DNA from: Fibrobacter sp. | GTDB taxonomy: Bacteria; Fibrobacterota; Fibrobacteria; Fibrobacterales; Fibrobacteraceae | Length of the DNA: 64,000 nucleotides | Direction of reading: 5' to 3' | NCBI GenBank assembly: GCA_024398875.1 | Contig: JAKSIJ010000006.1 | Location: forward strand, 59,802 to 123,801 | Part shown: piece after piece, positions 1 to 7,187 of the stretch | Layout of the letters: every line of letters begins with the position of its first letter | Numbering within the stretch: position 1 is the first letter of the stretch | Notes under the pieces: model-generated | Database searches by the model: none | Seen by the model: only the letters and a program-made list of their open reading frames with translations | What the model was told of the DNA's origin: nothing | Translations under genes and position numbers: made by a program

Positions 1-749
1 GTACCCACAGCAAAATGAAGCAGCAGGCCATCGCGGGCGAAATTTCCGCAGGCACCCTCTTTGTCGCGGACTGTCAAGACGCGGGCCGTGGCCGCCATGA
101 CCGCACCTGGGTCTCCCCCGCCGGGAAAAACCTCTACTTCAACATCCTCCTCCCTCTGGAGGGAATCCCTCAAAACCGCTTCGCGCAAATCACGCAGATT
201 GCAGCCCTCACCTTTGCGGAAGTCTTCAAGGGCCTGGGCGCCGATGTCACCGTCAAGTGGCCCAACGACATCCTTGCGGGCAAAAGCAAGTTCTGCGGAA
301 TCCTCTCCGAAATCATTTTCATCCCCGACGGCTGCGAAGCTGGCGAGTTTTTCCTGAATATGGGCGTGGGCATCAATGTGAACAGCGAGCCTGAGGATTA
401 CAAAAACCTCAATCGCGACGTCACCACACTGAAGGCGATTACAAACAAAGTAATCAACCGCGAAAAATTACTTCAGGCCCTCATCTCCTCTCTGGAACGA
501 GCCCTCGGGCAGTTCAAAGCCTTCGGCATCTCGCCTTGGGTAAATGCCTGGCGACAGATGGACAAGTTCATCGGAAGTCGCGGCACCGTCATCGTAAACA
601 ATCACTGCACGGATGAAAACCGCAACAGCGGCGAAGGCTGCATCAAGAAATCCGGCCAGATTCTCGACATGAATCCCGACGGAAGCCTTCTCTTCAAAAC
701 CGACGACGGCGAAACCCTCACCGTCTACTCCGCCGATCTGGAAATCTAG
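1..749 (+). CDS. birA: Biotin--[acetyl-CoA-carboxylase] ligase, 5'-truncated by the window edge
   Basis: Motifs QDAGRGR, GKNLYF, VKWPND, KFCGIL, GVGINV. The frame stays open upstream of ATG 15 (..THSKM), so the true start lies before the window. Confidence 0.93.
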   Translation, partial: THSKMKQQAIAGEISAGTLFVADCQDAGRGRHDRTWVSPAGKNLYFNILLPLEGIPQNRFAQITQIAALTFAEVFKGLGADVTVKWPNDILAGKSKFCGILSEIIFIPDGCEAGEFFLNMGVGINVNSEPEDYKNLNRDVTTLKAITNKVINREKLLQALISSLERALGQFKAFGISPWVNAWRQMDKFIGSRGTVIVNNHCTDENRNSGEGCIKKSGQILDMNPDGSLLFKTDDGETLTVYSADLEI

Positions 750-758
750 CAGGCTCCC

Positions 759-1961
759 TTACTTCACAGCGTAGCCGTTTTGGAAATTGGGGAAGCAAGA
801 CGCATCATAATTACAGACCGCCCAGACAAAACCTCCAATACAAATGGCATATACGAGAACTGTCCAGAACACGCGTCTGCGCGCAAAAAAGGCTTCCGTC
901 TTTTCCTTGAGATAACGCGACCACACAATAACTATGAGAATAGTCAACACAAGAACGCCGAGCCAAGCGGAAAGCACCTGAATATCGTTTGTCAAAACGA
1001 TTTTTCTGAATACTAATATATATGAATAGAAAATCAACACCCATGATATGCAATAATATTGATTAATATGCTTGGAGGGGTGGGTCAACACAGGCATTAC
1101 CTTCTTTGGAAGCACTTTGGCGATAAAATAGAACAGGCTGATTAGAGAAACATTCAACGCAATGCACACAATTGCGTCCTGAAAAGGGCGATGAGCCAAA
1201 CCGATTTCGGAAACAAGCGCGGTAAACACATTTTGTTCCACCTTAAAGGACACAAACAAATATGCAGCACACAGAATTATTCCTAAACCCAAAGAGACGA
1301 TATGGAATTTTTTTGGATTTTGCAAATGTTGGTAGATCTCACCAAAACATTGACCAGCAGCCACAAAAATGAACCAGTTAAATAGAGGAAAATAACATTC
1401 TGAATAGGTTCCCCAGAAGATTCCAAGGATCTGGTCAATACCATAAACATCCGTCTGCACCCCTCTGAGAAAAGTTCCCAATATACTCATCACAACAGCA
1501 ATCGCCAATATACTCCACTTGCCAAATTTCGCATGTTTCAACAAGGCAACCAACATGTACGCATATCCAGCGAATGGCAAAATGTCATTGCTGACACCAA
1601 GGGCCAGAAACGCAAGGCTCTGAGGTCTTGAAAACAAAGCAATACTCAAGAACCAACTCATCATGTCCCTAACTATTATAAGAATTAAACCTATAGTGAG
1701 AATCTGGAATCCGCGATTCAGGAATTCCCTACTAGAATTGTGGCGCGTATACGACATCCCTATGCCCATACAGAACATAAAAGTCACCGCACCGAACATG
1801 TTTCCCCTCACATAGGCATTGATATGACTCAGAGATGGCTCAAAATAGTTCGAAATAGTCTCAAATACATGCGTCCAAATCATCAGCAATATGGTCACTG
1901 CCTTCACAAGATCAAATTCCAATTGCCTGCCAGTATTGACGCGCTGCTTCGAAAAAATCAT
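759..1961 (-). CDS. Multi-pass membrane protein, DUF1624/HGSNAT-like acyltransferase family
   Basis: N-terminal RQLEFDLVKAVTILLMIWTH and F.F..G.G pattern, about 10 hydrophobic helices. Family assigned from motif recall. Confidence 0.6.
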   Translation of the reverse strand: MIFSKQRVNTGRQLEFDLVKAVTILLMIWTHVFETISNYFEPSLSHINAYVRGNMFGAVTFMFCMGIGMSYTRHNSSREFLNRGFQILTIGLILIIVRDMMSWFLSIALFSRPQSLAFLALGVSNDILPFAGYAYMLVALLKHAKFGKWSILAIAVVMSILGTFLRGVQTDVYGIDQILGIFWGTYSECYFPLFNWFIFVAAGQCFGEIYQHLQNPKKFHIVSLGLGIILCAAYLFVSFKVEQNVFTALVSEIGLAHRPFQDAIVCIALNVSLISLFYFIAKVLPKKVMPVLTHPSKHINQYYCISWVLIFYSYILVFRKIVLTNDIQVLSAWLGVLVLTILIVIVWSRYLKEKTEAFFARRRVFWTVLVYAICIGGFVWAVCNYDASCFPNFQNGYAVK

Positions 1962-1979
1962 TCTACATCCTTTTCTTGT

Positions 1980-4091
1980 CTAGTAAATAAATAACATCTC
2001 GCGATACTTAGGTAAGGGCCAGCAATCGTCGGGAACCACTTTCTCCAACCCATCCACCACCTTGCGGAGGTCCGCCACAGCGGCGATGATGTCTTCGTGG
2101 GAGCCCTTCAAGGCCTCTTCCATCTTGGCGATGTTTTCCATCAAGTTGTTGCACCCTTCGCCGAGAGTCTTGGCGTAAGCGTCCAACCCAGGGAAACCCT
2201 GATTCAAGGCCATTTCATTTGTCTTTAATGCCTTGGAGTAGGCCTCCACCACCTTCGGGAGAATCACGTTCTTCGCGAGGTCACGGGCGATTTCGCCTTC
2301 GATGTGAATGCGCTTGTGGTAATCCTCGCTGTTCACCTCGTAGCGGGATTCCATTTCGCGGCGGTTCATGACGCCGTACTTTTCGAAGAGGGCGATGTTT
2401 TCTTCCTTGGTCAGAGCCTGCAGCGCATCCATGGTGGTGCAGATGTTGGGGAGTCCGCGGCGTTTTGCCTCTTCCACCCATTCGTCAGTATAGCCGTTAC
2501 CGTTGAAGAGCACGCGCTTGTGTTCCTTCACAATCTTCTGGAGGATTTTCTGTAAGCCGGTGTGGAAGTTTTTCTCGTCCAGCTTTTCCAACTGTTCGGA
2601 AATCATGTCGAAGGCTTCCGCCACAATCGTATTTAGAACAACGTTGGGCTCGGAGCAGCTTTGGCTACTGCCTGGTGCGCGGAACTCGAACTTGTTGCCC
2701 GTGAATGCAAATGTGCTGGTACGGTTGCGGTCCGTGGCGTCGCGAGGGAGTGGCGGCAGCATGTCGGCACCTATGCGCATGGCTCCCGCCTGCTTGCTGG
2801 ATTTGGGAACTCCCTGCTCCAGCTGTTCAATCACATCCATCAGCTGATCGCCCAAGTACATGGAGACAATGGCTGGAGGCGCTTCGTTTGCACCCAGGCG
2901 GTGATCGTTACCAGCGCCAGCACATGTCATGCGGAGCAGATCCGCGTGAGTATCCACAGCATACATGATTGCACACAACGTTGTAAGGAACACTGCATTC
3001 TGGTGGGGGTCCTTCCCCGGATTCAGAAGGTTCCCCTTACCGTAGGAAATGCTCCAGTTGTTGTGTTTGCCACTGCCGTTCACGCCGGCGAAGGGCTTCT
3101 CGTGCAGCAGGCAAACGAGGCCATAGCGGTCGGCCACATTGCGGAGAGTTTCCATGATGAGCATGTTGTGGTCGCAAGCCAGGTTCACATCCTCAAAAAT
3201 CGGAGCCAGTTCGAACTGTGCGGGAGCCGCCTCGTTGTGGCGAGTCTTGGCCGGAATCCCCAGCTTCCACAATTCCACCTCCACCTCATTCATAAAATTC
3301 AGAATGCGGGTGGGAATGCTACCGAAGTAGTGGTCGTCCATCTGCTGATGCTTGGCAGGAGTGGCGCCAAAGATGGTGCGGCCCGCCTGGTACAAGTCCG
3401 GACGTTGCAGGTAGAAGCGTTTATCGATGAGGAAGTATTCCTGTTCGGCGCCCAGCGTCACCGTAGTCTTCTTGGGGCTCGCCTTGAAGCAAGTCATGAG
3501 GCGGCGGGTAGATTTGGAAAGGGCCTGCAGGCTGCGAAGGAGCGGTGTCTTCTTATCGAGGGCCTCGCCCGTGTAGCTGCAGAATGCCGTGGGGATGCAA
3601 AGCGTCGCACCATTGCCATGGCGCTTGATGAAGGCAGGGCTGGTGGGGTCCCAGGCGGTGTAGCCTCGGGCCTCGAACGTAGAACGGAGACCGCCACTGG
3701 GGAAGCTGGAGGCGTCGGGTTCTCCTACAATGAGGTTCTTGCCCGAAAGCACCATGATGGCCTTGCAGCCACTGGGTTCAAGGAAGGAGTCGTGCTTTTC
3801 GGCGGTGGAGCCCGTCAGCGGCTGGAACCAGTGGGTAAAGTGGGTGGCACCGCGATCCATGGCCCACTTCTTCATGGCATGAGCCACATCGCCAGCGATG
3901 TTCGGGTCCAGAGCCTCGCCCTCGTCGATGGTGGCCAGAAGCTTTTCACAAATGTCCTTGGAAAGGTAAGTGCGCATGGCGTCGGCGTTAAAGACGTCTT
4001 CGCCGTAGAATTGCACATTCACCGGTTCGGCAGGTTTGATGGAACTGGCGGGTGCGGTGGCGATATCGTAGATGGCGGTATTTCTGTTCAT
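1980..4091 (-). CDS. glnA: Glutamine synthetase type III
   Basis: 703 aa with THFTHWFQPLTGSTAEKHD, GEPDASSFPSGGLR, EQEYF, HEKPFAGVNGSGKHNNW, RLGANEAPP, FTGNKFEFRA. Confidence 0.97.
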   Translation of the reverse strand: MNRNTAIYDIATAPASSIKPAEPVNVQFYGEDVFNADAMRTYLSKDICEKLLATIDEGEALDPNIAGDVAHAMKKWAMDRGATHFTHWFQPLTGSTAEKHDSFLEPSGCKAIMVLSGKNLIVGEPDASSFPSGGLRSTFEARGYTAWDPTSPAFIKRHGNGATLCIPTAFCSYTGEALDKKTPLLRSLQALSKSTRRLMTCFKASPKKTTVTLGAEQEYFLIDKRFYLQRPDLYQAGRTIFGATPAKHQQMDDHYFGSIPTRILNFMNEVEVELWKLGIPAKTRHNEAAPAQFELAPIFEDVNLACDHNMLIMETLRNVADRYGLVCLLHEKPFAGVNGSGKHNNWSISYGKGNLLNPGKDPHQNAVFLTTLCAIMYAVDTHADLLRMTCAGAGNDHRLGANEAPPAIVSMYLGDQLMDVIEQLEQGVPKSSKQAGAMRIGADMLPPLPRDATDRNRTSTFAFTGNKFEFRAPGSSQSCSEPNVVLNTIVAEAFDMISEQLEKLDEKNFHTGLQKILQKIVKEHKRVLFNGNGYTDEWVEEAKRRGLPNICTTMDALQALTKEENIALFEKYGVMNRREMESRYEVNSEDYHKRIHIEGEIARDLAKNVILPKVVEAYSKALKTNEMALNQGFPGLDAYAKTLGEGCNNLMENIAKMEEALKGSHEDIIAAVADLRKVVDGLEKVVPDDCWPLPKYREMLFIY

Positions 4092-4215
4092 AATCTTCGC
4101 TGGACTCCCGCACTGCGTTCGAAAGTGACCGCATGGGGAATTTCTTCGAGGGCAAAGTTAGCAAGGAGGAAGATGCCGGGCACGGGGGAAAATGGGCTGT
4201 TTTCGCCTGTTTTCA

Positions 4216-4258
4216 TTACATTTTTGTAAATATCATCTATTTTATTACATTTTTGTAA
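4216..4258. promoter_or_regulatory. Two identical palindromic boxes TTACA-TTTT-TGTAA, candidate operator/UAS
   Basis: Exact copies at 4216-4229 and 4245-4258 (29-bp period) in the glnA/regulator divergent region. Confidence 0.55.
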
Positions 4259-4306
4259 AGTAAGTAAGAAAAATATGTATATTTTTAGTGTCTAGATCCT
4301 TCATAC

Positions 4307-4322
4307 GGCATATTCTGTGCCT
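4307..4322. promoter_or_regulatory. Candidate sigma54 -24/-12 site (GG-N10-GC on both strands)
   Basis: Minus strand AGGCAC-AGAAT-ATGC and plus strand CGGCAT-ATTCT-GTGC, compared with consensus TGGCAC-N5-TTGC. Confidence 0.45.
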
Positions 4323-4326
4323 ATTC

Positions 4327-4394
4327 AGGATGACACGAGGGCGGAAAACTGCCTCAAACGCTAACCAGTTCAAGGATGACACGAGGGCGGAAAA
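4327..4394 (+). repeat. 22-bp exact direct repeat AGGATGACACGAGGGCGGAAAA x2
   Basis: Copies at 4327-4348 and 4373-4394 with a 24-nt spacer, ending 6 nt before ATG 4401. Confidence 0.9.
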
Positions 4395-4400
4395 TACCGT

Positions 4401-5537
4401 ATGCCGAGAGATTTGAATTTCCAGTCCGTCTACAGGGACATCGCCAACACGCTGAATTCCGTTCGGCGGTGTAGCGAGCAGTCCGCCCAAATCCAGCACA
4501 TCCTGAAAAACGCCTTCGAAAGTCTGGAGGTCGCCCACGAAAAGGAGTGCGAGCATCTCCGGAACATCGTAGAGGGAACCCCCGGCGACCTCATCGGCAA
4601 CACACGGGAGATGCAGGACGTCCGGGAGCAGGTGCAGCAAATTGCAGGCACTGAGGCGACACTTCTATTGCGCGGGAATTCCGGCACCGGCAAGGAATAC
4701 ACCGCCCGAACCATCCATCAGCTTTCGGACCGCAAAGAGAAGCCCTTCGTGATTCTGAACTGCGACGCGCTCAGCACGCTCCCCGGCGGCAATTCCTTCG
4801 AGAGCGAGCTGTTCGGGTACGAGCGCGGCGCTTTCGCCGGCGCCATGAGCAGGCACATCGGGAAGGCGGAGCAGGCAAGCGGCGGGACCCTCTTCCTGAA
4901 CGAAGTGGCGGACCTTCCCGCCGCGGCGCAGACAAAGCTGTTGCAGTTCATTCAGGACCGCAGCTTCAGCCGACTGGGAAGCAACATCGTCCAGCGCGCA
5001 GACATCCGCATCATCGCGAGCACGGGCAAGAATCTGGAAAGCCTCATCCAAGAGGGCCGCTTCCGCGAAGACCTCTTTTACCGCCTGAACATTTTCCAGA
5101 TTCACCTGCCCGACCTGGCGCAGCGCAAAACGGACATTCTCCTTTTGGCAGATTACTTTATCGGCAAGATGAATCTGAAATACGGGAAGAAGATTCTCCG
5201 CCTCAGTTCCCCCGCCATCGACATGCTCATGAGCTACCACTGGCCAGGTAACGTGCGGGAGCTGGAGAACTGCATCGAGCATGCATGCCTCGCCACAACA
5301 GACGTGGCCATCAACGCCTACGACTTGCCGCCTACGCTACAGACGGATGTGACCAGCGGAACAACGTTACTGCCCGAAGGCAGCGCCTCACTCACAACCC
5401 TGCTGGATAGCTACGAAAAAGAAATCCTCACCGAGGCGCTAAAGCGCAACGGCGGGAACATGAGCGCCGCGGGCCGAGAACTCTCCGTCAGCCCGCGGAT
5501 GATGCACTACAAAGTTAAGAAGTTCGGTTTGAGTTAA
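4401..5537 (+). CDS. Sigma54-interaction-domain (NtrC/NifA-like) Fis-family regulator with degenerate motifs
   Basis: GNSGTGKE Walker A, FESELFGYERGAFAGA, GGTLFLNE, RFREDLFYRLN, WPGNVRELEN, C-terminal Fis HTH. Confidence 0.9.
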   Translation: MPRDLNFQSVYRDIANTLNSVRRCSEQSAQIQHILKNAFESLEVAHEKECEHLRNIVEGTPGDLIGNTREMQDVREQVQQIAGTEATLLLRGNSGTGKEYTARTIHQLSDRKEKPFVILNCDALSTLPGGNSFESELFGYERGAFAGAMSRHIGKAEQASGGTLFLNEVADLPAAAQTKLLQFIQDRSFSRLGSNIVQRADIRIIASTGKNLESLIQEGRFREDLFYRLNIFQIHLPDLAQRKTDILLLADYFIGKMNLKYGKKILRLSSPAIDMLMSYHWPGNVRELENCIEHACLATTDVAINAYDLPPTLQTDVTSGTTLLPEGSASLTTLLDSYEKEILTEALKRNGGNMSAAGRELSVSPRMMHYKVKKFGLS

Positions 5538-5611
5538 ACCGCGACGCGGGAATTAACTACGACGCAGGCAGTTAACCGCGGCGGCGCTAGAATTAACCGC
5601 GGCGGCGCTGA
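5533..5611. repeat. Four degenerate 19-21-bp tandem units (TTAACCGCG...) between convergent genes
   Basis: TTAACCGCGGCGGCGCT is exact at 5572-5588 and 5593-5609, with two more degenerate copies upstream. Confidence 0.75.
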
Positions 5612-6309
5612 TAGCGGACGTAATAAAACAAACTCCAGGCACCCCACAGCATGCTAATTGTTGCACCAACGAGGGCGACAGTTTGCACAGTAGCCGCAAT
5701 GGATTCGCACTTCACCAGCACACCCCATTCCGACAAAAGATAGTTCCAGTCGTGGAAGCCGTATTCCATCTCGGCGCCAGTGCCGCCACTAGTGAGTTGC
5801 AACCGCATCACCAGCGCATCTGCAATGTAGGGGACCCAATCCATCAGGTTTTCGAAAGCCCACCAGAGGCCAATGGAAGCACCAAACAAATCCCGAGGCT
5901 TAATCCATAAAGCGAAGCAGAAAACCAGCGGCATGATGACTTGGAAAAGCGAGCCGCCAAGGCTCATCAACATGTGCCCGCCAAACAGCCCAAACAGCGG
6001 GTGCCCAAATTCATGAACGCCCAAATTCAAACTGTGGAGAAAATTCACAATCCAGGCGTCTGGCCCCTTGACAAACATAGTGATGGTGAAAATTGCAAAT
6101 ACAATCCACACTGCAATGCGGAACAACAGGCTCTGGGAAAATCCGTAAGCCCTGGGGTAAAAGAAGAATCGCAAAACCGGATGCCACGTATCGGGCTGGG
6201 AAAGTTTGCCTGCGAACCGAGTGGCGAAGGAATCACCAGAATGCACATCGCGACTCACGTTCGTAATGCGCAATTGCACTTTGTCGGTAGGCTTCATTCC
6301 CTCGGGCAT
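5593..6309 (-). CDS. Membrane protein, M50B-like zinc metallopeptidase
   Basis: Transmembrane HEFGH (HExxH) and a downstream HDW motif. Start probably ATG 6309 or 6297 rather than 6393. Confidence 0.6.
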   Translation of the reverse strand: MPEGMKPTDKVQLRITNVSRDVHSGDSFATRFAGKLSQPDTWHPVLRFFFYPRAYGFSQSLLFRIAVWIVFAIFTITMFVKGPDAWIVNFLHSLNLGVHEFGHPLFGLFGGHMLMSLGGSLFQVIMPLVFCFALWIKPRDLFGASIGLWWAFENLMDWVPYIADALVMRLQLTSGGTGAEMEYGFHDWNYLLSEWGVLVKCESIAATVQTVALVGATISMLWGAWSLFYYVRYQRRRG

Positions 6310-6336
6310 GCGTGTAAAATAAATTATTTTTTTGTC

Positions 6337-7185
6337 GTGAAGCAAGAACCATCGACAAAATCCGGTGCTGTCAAGTCCGTCGTCAGTAATCAAGACGGCA
6401 TCTATAAGGATTTAGCCGAAATCGTCCAGAAATACGCAAGCACAAAATACCGCAGACCCATCGCAGACCATACACGTGAGGCTTTTGCGCAGGCGGAAAA
6501 ATTTGTGGATGCGTTTTACAGCGCAAATTCACAGCAGGCGATGGCTTCGCCGTTTATCGCGGGAACTCTGAACTCCGCGGGTCCCGTAAATATCGCGGGC
6601 CCCCGGGCCGTCATTCTGGATTCCGGCTGCGGCACGGGCGAAAGCACGCTGCATCTGGCAAAGAAATTTCCTGACATTCCTGTCATCGGGATTGACAAAT
6701 CCGCCGCACGCCTTACCCGCGGGGAAAATGGCGGCCGGGACGAACTCGCCCGAAATTTCGCGACTGCCGAACGGAACTGCCCACGAAACGCCTTCTGGAT
6801 TCGCGCCGAACTTCTCGATTTCTGGCGGCTCGCTCTGGAGAAAGTGCAGGCGGGCGAATGGGCCATTCCCTATCACGCCCTCTACTACCCGAATCCATGG
6901 CCCAAGCAGAGCGAGGCCACCCGCAGGTTTCATCTGCATCCCATCTTCCCCACACTGATGGCATTGGGCGAGACATTGGAACTCCGCACCAACTGGGAAA
7001 TCTACGCTCAGGAATTCAAGAAGGCTGCGGAAATTTTGGCAACTTTTTGCCCGACAGGTACATCCCCGGCGGCGCACCTCGTTGTCAAACTTTCAAGCTT
7101 CACACCAGATACGCCATGCACCGCCTTCGAACGCAAATACAGCGCCGCCGGGCAAACCCTCTGGCGCGTCATTTGCACAAAGTAA
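6337..7185 (+). CDS. trmB: TrmB-like SAM-dependent methyltransferase (tRNA m7G46 family)
   Basis: ILDSGCGTGEST, IGIDKS, YPNPWPK, LELRTNW. GTG 6337 is in frame; the extension to 5941 lies antisense to a real gene. Confidence 0.7.
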   Translation: MKQEPSTKSGAVKSVVSNQDGIYKDLAEIVQKYASTKYRRPIADHTREAFAQAEKFVDAFYSANSQQAMASPFIAGTLNSAGPVNIAGPRAVILDSGCGTGESTLHLAKKFPDIPVIGIDKSAARLTRGENGGRDELARNFATAERNCPRNAFWIRAELLDFWRLALEKVQAGEWAIPYHALYYPNPWPKQSEATRRFHLHPIFPTLMALGETLELRTNWEIYAQEFKKAAEILATFCPTGTSPAAHLVVKLSSFTPDTPCTAFERKYSAAGQTLWRVICTK

Positions 7186-7187
7186 AG

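Noticed and set aside
4092-4215. Glutamine riboswitch in the glnA leader
   Set aside because: Only weak pairing (TGCG/CGCA) and no recognisable glnA-motif consensus; would need an Infernal search.
2661-4229. 522-aa plus-strand ORF
   Set aside because: Antisense shadow of glnA, with no motifs; expected from the codon bias of the real gene.
4327-4394. 22-bp direct repeat read as a mini-CRISPR array
   Set aside because: Only two copies, a 24-nt spacer, no palindromic repeat and no cas genes in the window.
5941-6336. N-terminal extension of the 414-aa ORF
   Set aside because: It overlaps the real minus-strand membrane gene; TrmB-like similarity starts only after GTG 6337.
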